Of a stretch of 64,000 bases of DNA, positions 39,829-48,869 are shown piece by piece. How positions within the stretch are numbered: position 1 is the first letter of the stretch; each line of letters opens with the position of its first letter. This DNA comes from Spirochaetota bacterium (GTDB lineage: Bacteria > Spirochaetota > UBA4802 > UBA5550), in assembly GCA_963664815.2 (NCBI GenBank), contig CAXXHB010000003.1:1536001-1600000 (forward strand), read 5' to 3'. The notes below the pieces were generated by a model. That model ran no database searches. It had not been told where the DNA came from and saw nothing but the letters and a program-made list of their open reading frames with translations. A program made the position numbers and the translations under genes.

Positions 39829-40050
39829 ATGATTAAAAAGGTAAAAGATTTAAGGGCAGGGATAAGGCTGAAAATCAGGAAGCCGCCAAAAGTCGAAATT
39901 CCGAAAAATGTCTATAACCGCAAGGTTAAACACAGAAGGGGTCTGGAAGATGAGAAATTCAGACCCCTTTTTTATCCCTCCGGTTTATCATTGCATCTAA
40001 ATAACCATATAAGAAACAGTATTACTGTTAATTCTGTTATAGCTGCCTGA
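39829..40050 (+). CDS. Small basic protein, candidate alternative ribosome-rescue factor (ArfA/BrfA-like)
   Basis: AGGAGG RBS; KVEIPKNVYNRKVKH motif; terminator inside the ORF. Confidence 0.6.
   Translation: MIKKVKDLRAGIRLKIRKPPKVEIPKNVYNRKVKHRRGLEDEKFRPLFYPSGLSLHLNNHIRNSITVNSVIAA
39936..39973 (+). terminator. Intrinsic terminator inside ORF 39829-40050
   Basis: AAGGGGTCTGGA-10 nt loop-TTCAGACCCC followed by TTTTTT. Confidence 0.75.
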
Positions 40051-40270
40051 ACTCCATTGCTTCAAAATGATTTTCAAGAATGGTTTTGGTTTTCACAATA
40101 AGATCTTCCTCTAATCGTATACATACCCCGCAGTCGGAACTGATTGATTTAGGAACCGGTATAATCTTAATAGGAATTTTTTCATTGATGAGGATCTTTT
40201 CAGCTTTCATAACATGGCTGACAGATGAAAAGATTATTACATAATATTTTTTTATAGTTTCATCGGTCAT
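40037..40270 (-). CDS. DUF3343 family (Se/S-carrier-like) protein
   Basis: FSSVSHVMKAEKIL, IPVPKSISSDCG. Confidence 0.85.
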   Translation of the reverse strand: MTDETIKKYYVIIFSSVSHVMKAEKILINEKIPIKIIPVPKSISSDCGVCIRLEEDLIVKTKTILENHFEAMEFRQL

Positions 40271-40860
40271 GGGTTGATTATTCTTGATGCGCTGTTTAAA
40301 GTGTTCAGGATATCAAACATGTTGGAGATGGTACCTGTTTTTATCTTATCTGAGAGGTTGAAATAATTGACGCATGTTCCGCATATGGTTATTTCAACGC
40401 CTTTATTATTTAAGTCATGTATGTCGTCAGTAACCCCGGAACCATCCGCAGTGAGTTTAACTCCTGAATTATAGAATATAAGTCTGGAGGGGATCGGTTC
40501 AACAGATAACAGAGTATGCACAAATGCCTTCATTAAAATAGCGCCAAGTTCATCATCACCTTTACCCATTCTGTCAGATGAAAATACTACAACTGTTTCT
40601 CCAGTGCTGCATGAAGCGACAATATCATGACTGCTGCCTGATGCCTGGGGATTGACTTCTTTTAAAGTAATTGTGAAATAACCGCTGTAGGCAGCATCTT
40701 CATATGACCAGCCTGATGATGAAGCAAGACGTTTTAAATTTTCACGCGCTGTTTCATTATCTACAAGGACTTCAATAACATTAAACTCATTCATTTTGTT
40801 TTTTGTAAGTACAACCGGCTGCGGACACGCAAGACCTCTGGCGTCAATTTCGCACTTCAT
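40267..40860 (-). CDS. yedF: Sulfurtransferase-like selenium metabolism protein YedF (TusA + DsrE domains)
   Basis: IDARGLACPQPVV, MGKGDDELG, FYNSGV, CGTC. Confidence 0.9.
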   Translation of the reverse strand: MKCEIDARGLACPQPVVLTKNKMNEFNVIEVLVDNETARENLKRLASSSGWSYEDAAYSGYFTITLKEVNPQASGSSHDIVASCSTGETVVVFSSDRMGKGDDELGAILMKAFVHTLLSVEPIPSRLIFYNSGVKLTADGSGVTDDIHDLNNKGVEITICGTCVNYFNLSDKIKTGTISNMFDILNTLNSASRIINP

Positions 40861-40894
40861 TTTTTTACCTCGGATTTATATTGTAAAAAAAAAC

Positions 40895-42058
40895 TTATAT
40901 ACCTTTAACTGACTTTTTTGATAATTCAGAGACAGCCTTTATGGCCGTATCTGCATCTTCAATTGAATTGAAGTAACCGAAACTGATTCTGTTTGTTCCT
41001 GATGGGAATGTCCCTGTCGTTTTATGAGCGGAGGGAGCGCAATGCAGTCCCGGTCTTGTGAGAATATCATAGTTCTCATCGAGAAAGAATGCTGTATCGG
41101 AAGGTGACTGACCTTCGATGTTAAATGACAGAACCGAAACTCGATCTGACATATTCTCTGTTCCGTAAATAACGACATTTTTCAACTTGGAAATGCCGTC
41201 AGCAAATCTGCTTAAAAGCATCTGTTCTTTTGAATGAATGTTTTGAATACCGCTTTCCATTATGAATTTAACCCCGGCATACAGACCGGCTATTCCGATT
41301 GTATTTAATGTACCCGCTTCATATTTATCCGGCATAAAATCAGGCTGAATCTCAAATTCTGAACGGCTTCCGGTACCCCCGAACATAAGGGGATTGATTC
41401 TTTTATCGAGATCTTTCCTGATGTAAAGACCACCAGTTCCCATGGGGCCGAATAATCCCTTGTGTCCTGTAAAGCATAGTATGTCAATGTGGGACTTTTC
41501 AACGTCAATATCCAGTGTGCCTGCAGTTTGTGCGGAATCCACACAGAATGGAATACCGAACTCAGAGGCTATTTTACCAGTTTCTTCGATCGGGAGGATT
41601 GTTCCTGTCACATTTGAAGCATGAGTTGATATGATGAGTTTTGTATTTGATTTTATATATTTGTGTATTTTTCCGGTATCAAGCTTCCCGGTTCTGTCAC
41701 ATTCAATTACTGTTAACTGAACTCCTCGGGATTCCATTTCACGCAGTGGGCGCATTACTGAGTTATGCTCAATGGAAGTTGTAATTACATGGTCCCCCGG
41801 CTTTAATAATCCCTGTATTACAATATTTAACGAATGAGTTATACCGGAAGTAAATACGATTCTGAGAGGATCGGATATACCAAATAACCGTGCGATAATC
41901 TCTCGTGTGTTAAATAATACCCGGCCGGCTTCGATTGATAAATTATGGCCTGATCTGCCGGGGTTACTCCCGATAAATGTATTAAAATTATTCATAGCTT
42001 CTGTTACTGATGCAGGTTTAGGCCATGATGTTGCCGCGTTATCAAGGTATATGCTCAT
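40895..42058 (-). CDS. Cysteine desulfurase / selenocysteine lyase-like class V aminotransferase
   Basis: IYLDNAATSWPKP, NPGRSGH, EHNSV, DSAQTAG, TGHK, RPGLHCAP. Confidence 0.9.
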   Translation of the reverse strand: MSIYLDNAATSWPKPASVTEAMNNFNTFIGSNPGRSGHNLSIEAGRVLFNTREIIARLFGISDPLRIVFTSGITHSLNIVIQGLLKPGDHVITTSIEHNSVMRPLREMESRGVQLTVIECDRTGKLDTGKIHKYIKSNTKLIISTHASNVTGTILPIEETGKIASEFGIPFCVDSAQTAGTLDIDVEKSHIDILCFTGHKGLFGPMGTGGLYIRKDLDKRINPLMFGGTGSRSEFEIQPDFMPDKYEAGTLNTIGIAGLYAGVKFIMESGIQNIHSKEQMLLSRFADGISKLKNVVIYGTENMSDRVSVLSFNIEGQSPSDTAFFLDENYDILTRPGLHCAPSAHKTTGTFPSGTNRISFGYFNSIEDADTAIKAVSELSKKSVKGI

Positions 42059-42511
42059 TAAAATCACCTGCTGTTGAGATGATTAAAATTGCGCGGTTTC
42101 GTCAAGATATTTATCATCATTATTGATGTTTAAGATAAATAAAATTTATGGTAAATATATGCTTTGATAAAATAATTCATTAATAATTAATATCATACAA
42201 AGTTAATTCATTAATTTTTATTTTTGCGTAAAATGAACAATTATATCTACCGGAAGCTTTAAACATCCGGGATAATGGAATTTTTTTATCATAAAAATAG
42301 TTCAGGAATTATTACTGTAGATTAAATTAAAGCTTTATAATGTATGTGATAATTCTGCTGTTATTTATTCTATTCCGCACAGAGTCAGGCAGGAGCAGAG
42401 TTTAAAAAGTTGATTTTTTTCATGGCAGAACTATTTGTTGACAGATGCAGAGTTTTGTAAGTATATAATGATGAATATCATACAATATTACAATGAATTA
42501 AAAATGGAATT

Positions 42512-42967
42512 ATGGAGATAAAAATGAATGAAGAGAATAAAAAACCGGCTGATATAGCGGGTGATTATCATAACAAAGGATTTAACTGTGCCGAGTCTAT
42601 TTTCATGACGTTCAGGAGCATTGCAGCGACCGGTTTAAGCGAAGATATGGTAAGGCTTGCAACCCCTTTCGGAGGTGGACTGGGACGTTCAGGGTGTGTC
42701 TGCGGGGCATTAAGCGGAGCAGTAATGATTCTCGGCGCTGCACGGGGAAGGATAACTCCTGATGTGCCGAGAAAAGAATCTTATGAATTATCGAACGAGT
42801 ACCATGAGCTTTTCCGGAAGAAGTTTGGAGCTACATGCTGCCGGGCATTGGTTAAAGAGAAATTCGGGACACCTGAACAGGGTGCAAAATGTTTTAAAAT
42901 TATAACCGAGAGCGCTGAGATGCTGATGGAGTTTATTACTGAGAAGGGTATAGTAAAAGATAACTGA
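42512..42967 (+). CDS. C-GCAxxG-C-C family putative redox protein
   Basis: NCAES, FGGG, CGALSG, TCC and distal C. Confidence 0.88.
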   Translation: MEIKMNEENKKPADIAGDYHNKGFNCAESIFMTFRSIAATGLSEDMVRLATPFGGGLGRSGCVCGALSGAVMILGAARGRITPDVPRKESYELSNEYHELFRKKFGATCCRALVKEKFGTPEQGAKCFKIITESAEMLMEFITEKGIVKDN

Positions 42968-43008
42968 CAGTATTTAAGCATTATAAACATTTAGTCTTAA
43001 AATTTTTT

Positions 43009-43746
43009 TTATTGATTATTGATTGAAGTTATCAGAATGTTGCCGTTAACATTTTTGATCCAGATTTCGCCCGTTCCGATCTTCAGTCCCTTTGAAGATG
43101 CAGTGATGTCAGCAAGAGACTGGTTGATTACGGAATTTTTTACTTTGCTGTTAAAGATGTTGTCATATTCTTTAATAAGCATTTCCGGGCTGCTGATTCT
43201 CTGTTTTCTTTTATTGATGACGGCAATTACCGGATAGGAGATCATTTCTGCGATTTCACCGGAAGAACCGGTTTTAACATACTTTTTTAGATCAAGTATA
43301 AAGTTGTCAGCCGATATATCATCATCAATCCCGGCTCCTGAATACCTGTCGCTTTTGGCGCGAATGATCCCCTTCAGCCTGTTTATTATAATATTTTCAC
43401 CTGTAAGCGGATCGGTGATTTTTTCCTCAGTGTAGTTTACATAAAAACGGCTGTTAATAAAATCAGGATTTGTTATATATCCGTTTTCAGATGATGTAAC
43501 AAGTTCATCTTTATACATTTTCATTTTATTGATATCTGCATAAAAAAGTATATATAATGAATCATCAAGTTTTCGGAAAACCAGTTTCCATTCGTTATCG
43601 TACAGATGTTCGGCGCTTTTAAAAGCTGCAGCAGTCTGGATGGTTAACTCGGGTTTCATGCTGTCAATCTGATTTTTTCTGTTGCTTCCGGAGCATGATA
43701 ATGCTGTAATGATAACAATCAGTATATATAAATATTTATTTTTCAT
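43009..43746 (-). CDS. Putative lipoprotein
   Basis: Lipobox ALSC; C-terminal ISYP..YDNIF..GLKIGTGEIW..ITSIN segment. Confidence 0.7.
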   Translation of the reverse strand: MKNKYLYILIVIITALSCSGSNRKNQIDSMKPELTIQTAAAFKSAEHLYDNEWKLVFRKLDDSLYILFYADINKMKMYKDELVTSSENGYITNPDFINSRFYVNYTEEKITDPLTGENIIINRLKGIIRAKSDRYSGAGIDDDISADNFILDLKKYVKTGSSGEIAEMISYPVIAVINKRKQRISSPEMLIKEYDNIFNSKVKNSVINQSLADITASSKGLKIGTGEIWIKNVNGNILITSINNQ

Positions 43747-44042
43747 ATGAAATAAACACCTTGAAATGTAATGCTGCCAAAATAGTCTATAAGATACGGA
43801 ATGATGAAAATAACATTATAAAAAAGAGAATAATTCCGACATCATCACAGGCTTCACCGGATAGTAAAGTAAATATTTATAAAAAAATTTATAATAGATA
43901 ATCAAGAAATTGTTTACTAATACTATTAGTTCCTGAGCGGTAATAAATACAACCAATCAGATATATTGTCAAGTAATATGTTTTACGTGGAAGGTTCATA
44001 TTTTACATTTTTAGTGTGTTATTAAAAGTGTTGGAGATTTAT

Positions 44043-44387
44043 ATGATTCAGATTTTTGGTACAAAAAAATGCAGAGAGAGCGCTAAAGCACTCAGATTTT
44101 TTAAAGAGAGAAACATTAAGGTTCACTTTGTTGATCTTGCCGAGAAAGGGATAAGTAAGGGAGAGCTTCAGAATATATCAAGAGTGATTCCATTAACCGA
44201 GCTGATTGATGTTGAGAGTAAGGAATATGAAAGACTAAACCTGAAATATATGAAGTTCGTAATTGAAGATGAACTTCTGGAGCATCCATTGTTGATTAAA
44301 ACTCCCATAGTGAGATCGGGTAAAAAAGCGTCATCCGGTTTTAAGCCTGAGATATGGATTGATATGGCGATGGCTGAAAATTCATAA
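44043..44387 (+). CDS. ArsC/Spx/YffB family protein; ATG 44043 preferred
   Basis: IFGTKKC..KALRFFKER, HPLLIKTPIV. Confidence 0.85.
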   Translation: MIQIFGTKKCRESAKALRFFKERNIKVHFVDLAEKGISKGELQNISRVIPLTELIDVESKEYERLNLKYMKFVIEDELLEHPLLIKTPIVRSGKKASSGFKPEIWIDMAMAENS

Positions 44388-44395
44388 TCATTGAA

Positions 44396-44436
44396 CAGGT
44401 GCTATCTACAGCGGAAGACGATGAATATAGCACCTG
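44396..44436. terminator. Inverted repeat between convergent genes
   Basis: CAGGTGCTAT ... ATAGCACCTG, 10-bp perfect arms; no T tract. Confidence 0.35.
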
Positions 44437-44489
44437 ATGTGATAATGCCGGGGCATGCTGTTATAATAATAAGGATAGTTTGGAATATG

Positions 44490-45152
44490 TTATTCATTAT
44501 CAGAGTGCGGTGATACCGGCACCTCATCAACATTTATTATTTTTGATTTAACAATCTTTTCCTTGATTAATTTAAATATTACATAAAGTGCAATTAAACT
44601 GAAGAGAACGATAACAATTGCAATTTTTGTGTCTCTCATCCATTTTATAAGAAGCTCCCTGTTGCTGGCACCGTAAAATCCGAGGTAATTCCATATGGGA
44701 ACGCTTATAATTGCGGCAAAACTGTCTATAATAATAAATGTAGGGAATCCGACGAATTTAGTTATACCAGCGGTTAGAAAGATAGGTGTACGAAGCCCCG
44801 GCATGAACCTTGCCGCGAAGAGAACCATCCTCCCGTGATCATTAAAGCTTGAAATAATTTTCTCGTACCAGTTATGTTCGAGTATTCTTTTGCCGATCTT
44901 TTTGCTGAATATTTTTTCTCCGAAAACACGTCCAAGATTATAAACAATTATATCTCCGATCAAAACTCCGATAACTGATACAAGGCACATTATGTGTACA
45001 TTCCCATAACCGAGACCTGCAATTATTCCGCCGGCAATTATAGATATATCTTCGGGTATCGGGAGTCCGAAACCGCAGAGTATCAGCATTCCAAAGACGG
45101 AAAAATATCCGAAGGTGGAGTAGAAATTAATTATATAGTCAAGTGAAACCAC
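44490..45152 (-). CDS. dedA: DedA family membrane protein
   Basis: GLPIPED, GD..Y..GR, ARFMPGLR, AG. Confidence 0.92.
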   Translation of the reverse strand: MVSLDYIINFYSTFGYFSVFGMLILCGFGLPIPEDISIIAGGIIAGLGYGNVHIMCLVSVIGVLIGDIIVYNLGRVFGEKIFSKKIGKRILEHNWYEKIISSFNDHGRMVLFAARFMPGLRTPIFLTAGITKFVGFPTFIIIDSFAAIISVPIWNYLGFYGASNRELLIKWMRDTKIAIVIVLFSLIALYVIFKLIKEKIVKSKIINVDEVPVSPHSDNE

Positions 45153-45821
45153 ATGTATCTCCGTAAAACGAATTATTTTAATATATCAGATATTTACCGG
45201 TACGGATTGATTATAGTATTATCTTTCAGGGCTGTTTTGTCAGAATTAATATAATTATTTTATTTATGCTTTGATGTAACAGATTACCATAAATTCAGTA
45301 TAGAGTAAATCTCTGTAACGATCTACCTGTATAATCAGACTTTTGCCTGTAAACCTTTTATGTAGTATGAACCGCAAATACAGTCTGCTAAAAATAAAAT
45401 ATATTCAATAAAGCGGCTATAAAAACCGCCTGATTCAAGTTTATTAATCCAGTCTTTTAAAATAAGTATGTCATTATTATAAACTTTTTGTAAAAAAGAT
45501 AAAAAAGAATCTGTCAGTTGTTGCAAGAAAAACTTTTTTAAAACAAAACAAATCCTTATTCTATAAATATTTATCCTGTAATTAAGTCACGTATATTTTT
45601 CTTATTATACGTTTTTTTATCAGTTTTCCGGGAATTAAAAATGCTGTAAATGACTGCAAACTGTTCATGGGAACCGGCAGACAGGAAATATATTAAAAAT
45701 ATAATCCGGAAGCTATCCTCTGTTTGTTACAGTTTTAATGCTGTAATGGTCAATGGGGTAACCGGAATGATCTATAACCGGAAGAAACTGATTCTTAAAC
45801 AGATCAGGTGAGTGGATATGA

Positions 45822-46892
45822 TCAGACATACTCCTTGATCTCTGTTTCGCCTTTTATTGCAAAATAGACACCCTCTTCAAGCGCCTTCATCTCATCTTCT
45901 CCGGGATAGACAGCCACATTGCTTATAAAGCTTACCCTCTCTTCGATCCATCTGCACAGCATATCATCATAGGCTACTCCACCGGTAAGAATGACTGCAT
46001 CAACTTTCCCGTTAAGCACAACAGCCATGGCGCCAATCTCCTTTGATATCTGGTATGCCATTGCACGGTAGATCTCTTCGGCTTTTTTATCACCATCGCG
46101 GACTTTTTTGCTCACTTCGTAGGCGCTGTTTGTGCCCAGATAGGCAACAAGTCCCCCCTGGCCTGTAATCTTTTTTTTCATTTCTTCAAGAGAATATTTG
46201 CCGGAATAACAGATATTGACAAGATCGCCTACCGGTACATCACCGCTTCTCTCCGGGGAGAAGGGGCCTTCACCGTCAAGCCCGTTGTTGACATCAATGA
46301 CCCGTCCATGTTTATGAGCACCTACAGTAATGCCTCCACCCATATGAACTACGATAAGATCAAGATCCTCGTATTTTACATTGTATTCCCTGGCATATTT
46401 TCTTGCAACTGCCTTCTGGTTAAGGGCATGAAAGATGCTTATTCTTGGATTCTCTGGCATGCCTGAATACCGTGCCAGTGGTTCAAGTTCGTCGACAATA
46501 ACCGGATCAACTATGTAAGAATCTGTATTATTTCCTGTCTCCTTCGATATCTCATGTGCGAGAATACCTCCAAGGTTGCTGGAGTGGGCCCTCGTTGATT
46601 CGTCATTCAGGTCGTGGAGCATTTTATCATTTATTCTGTATACTCCGCCGGGTATAGGCTTAAGGAGACCGCCGCGTCCCACGATAATATTGATGGATGA
46701 GAGTTCTATGCCTGCCTGTTCAAGTTCCTTCAGTATCATTTTTTTACGGAAGCCGTACTGGTCGATTATTTTCCGGAAGGGTGAAAGATCTTCCGCAGAA
46801 TGATTTATGTTGATTGTGAAAATATCCTCATGGTTTTCAAACACAGATATCTTGGTGGAGGTTGAACCGGGATTTATTGCGAGTATTCTCAT
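45822..46892 (-). CDS. buk: Butyrate kinase; start at 46892 (MRILAINPGSTSTK)
   Basis: INPGSTSTK, GRGG, HALNQKA, HMGGG, GPFSPER, PGEDE. Confidence 0.96.
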   Translation of the reverse strand: MRILAINPGSTSTKISVFENHEDIFTININHSAEDLSPFRKIIDQYGFRKKMILKELEQAGIELSSINIIVGRGGLLKPIPGGVYRINDKMLHDLNDESTRAHSSNLGGILAHEISKETGNNTDSYIVDPVIVDELEPLARYSGMPENPRISIFHALNQKAVARKYAREYNVKYEDLDLIVVHMGGGITVGAHKHGRVIDVNNGLDGEGPFSPERSGDVPVGDLVNICYSGKYSLEEMKKKITGQGGLVAYLGTNSAYEVSKKVRDGDKKAEEIYRAMAYQISKEIGAMAVVLNGKVDAVILTGGVAYDDMLCRWIEERVSFISNVAVYPGEDEMKALEEGVYFAIKGETEIKEYV

Positions 46893-46920
46893 ATTTTTCT
46901 CCTTTTTTTCTCCTTTTAAT

Positions 46921-47820
46921 TTACTGCATGGCTGCGGCAAGGGCGATTGACATAAGCTTGGTCCTGTCGGAATCAGACCTCGATGTAAGCACAATAGGAA
47001 CGGAGGCGCCGAGAGCTATGGACGCTGTAGTTGCGTTGCCGAGATAGGTAAGGGCTTTATAAACGCTGTTTCCTGTTTCTATATTCGGAAATACGATAAT
47101 GTCAACATCGCCTCCGACCTCGGTTGGTATCCCCTTGTGAATGCATGCCTCTCTGGATATTAAATTATCGAAGGCGAGTGGGCCGTCTATGATGCAGTCC
47201 CTGATCTGCCCCCTTCTGTTCATCATAACAAGCAGTCCGGCATGGATAGTTGCCTCCATCTTTTCATTGATAAGTTCAACTGCGGCGAGTATCCCCACCT
47301 TCGGTTTATCGAGTTTAAGTTTTTTGTAAATATCAACGGCGTTGATGATAATGTCCGCCTTTTCCTGCAGACCGGGCGAGACATTCATTCCCGAATCGGT
47401 AATGCAGATGAGTTTGTGATAGTTGGGTGATTCAAGGAGTGCAGCATGGCTCATAACCCTGCTGCGGCTTATGCCGTTTTCTTTATGCAGAACAGCGCGG
47501 AGAAGGTCTGCAGTACCGACAAGCCCCTTCATAAGAATCCGGGCTTTACCGGCTTTTACAATGGACACGGCAACAGCACAGGCCTTTATCGGATCCTTTT
47601 CATCGATTATTTCCACTCCATCGAGGCTGAAACCGATTTTGAGGGCTATCTCCCTGATAGCTTCGGTATCACCCGTGAGTATCGGTGTTATTATTCCGGC
47701 TTTTGATGCCTCCATTACAGCGTCCAGTGCATGGTCGTCAGCTGCTGCAGCTATAACCATTTTTACGGCAGGTTTTGACTTTGCAATATCAAGTAAAGAT
47801 TCAAGAGATTTGAGAACCAT
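46921..47820 (-). CDS. ptb: Phosphate butyryltransferase; start at 47820 after GAGGGG
   Basis: LMKGLV, DGPLAFD, PNIETGN, VLTSRSD; upstream of buk. Confidence 0.93.
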   Translation of the reverse strand: MVLKSLESLLDIAKSKPAVKMVIAAAADDHALDAVMEASKAGIITPILTGDTEAIREIALKIGFSLDGVEIIDEKDPIKACAVAVSIVKAGKARILMKGLVGTADLLRAVLHKENGISRSRVMSHAALLESPNYHKLICITDSGMNVSPGLQEKADIIINAVDIYKKLKLDKPKVGILAAVELINEKMEATIHAGLLVMMNRRGQIRDCIIDGPLAFDNLISREACIHKGIPTEVGGDVDIIVFPNIETGNSVYKALTYLGNATTASIALGASVPIVLTSRSDSDRTKLMSIALAAAMQ

Positions 47821-48056
47821 ATATTTCCCCTCATAGTATAATTCAGACCGGCATATGTAAAATAAACAAGCAATATAAAAATACAACAATAATTTAACAC
47901 ATAGTAATAAATAATATTAAAAATCATATATAAAGTATGAATAATGTTAAATATATGTGATTTAAAAACAGATATAATGATCAAAAACTAATAGAAGGTA
48001 AAGTGCGCGGGTAGAGTTAAAAGATTGTAGCAGCAGCAGTAAAAAAGTGAAATTTT

Positions 48057-48668
48057 TTATTTGAAAATACTTATATACTGTTCGAATCTGATGTCAGCAC
48101 CATCTTTACCCATACCGATCAAAGCTTGTGGTGAAGGTGAGTAAAGAATATTAACATCAAATATTCGTTCTTTTATAATCAGTTTATAGTAGCGACTTGA
48201 TACATCAACTGTTTCATGGTGTGAATTGAGCGCCCTGTTCATGCATGTTTTGATAAAACCGCTTGTATAAATCAGTTGTTGTATCTGAGGATTAGTTTCG
48301 AGCAGAGTTGAAATGTCAGTATAGGTTATATCGAAAAGATCGGTATCGGAAGAGCTGTTGTTTCTCCGGCGGCATGAGTATATTATATCAGTGATTCCGG
48401 TTTTCTTTTCAGTAAGAAAAGTCTTCCGCTGGGAGACAGCACCTTCACTGTTCTTCATAAGAAAACATATTCCGCAGGCCTCACCAACGAGTTTCCAGAA
48501 ATGGTTCCTGCAGCTTCCGTAATAGAACATGACATCTTTTTCACTGATATTTTTAACTGGATTGCTATTAATACAGAACCGGTGAGGCGGGATTGATCCG
48601 ATAATAAGCTTTGAAGCGTTTACAGGTATAAACGGATCGAAAGGGTGTATATCTTTTACTGAATACAT
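48057..48668 (-). CDS. Uracil-DNA glycosylase superfamily protein (MUG / family-6-like)
   Basis: HPFDP, LIIGSIPP, FYYG..RNHFW, SPS. Confidence 0.8.
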   Translation of the reverse strand: MYSVKDIHPFDPFIPVNASKLIIGSIPPHRFCINSNPVKNISEKDVMFYYGSCRNHFWKLVGEACGICFLMKNSEGAVSQRKTFLTEKKTGITDIIYSCRRRNNSSSDTDLFDITYTDISTLLETNPQIQQLIYTSGFIKTCMNRALNSHHETVDVSSRYYKLIIKERIFDVNILYSPSPQALIGMGKDGADIRFEQYISIFK

Positions 48669-48869
48669 CAGTGAGATTTATAATGATATAATATTTATTT
48701 CAAGTGAAATCCGGTTTTTATTAATGAACTGACATTGTATCTGATAAAAAATTTAGTAATAATCGCCAAAACTGATTACATTATTTATGAACGAGATTTA
48801 TTAAGATCCCCGGTATTCTTTCAAACGATGTTTCATGGGGCTGACATATAAATCTGAAAGTATGGGGAA

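Noticed and set aside
40037-42967. Selenocysteine (TGA) recoding in the selenium-type cluster
   Set aside because: All ORFs are full-length with Cys at the motif positions; no internal TGA or SECIS seen
45160-45820. 660-nt intergenic region with a 63-aa ORF
   Set aside because: No RBS, motif or convincing RNA structure visible
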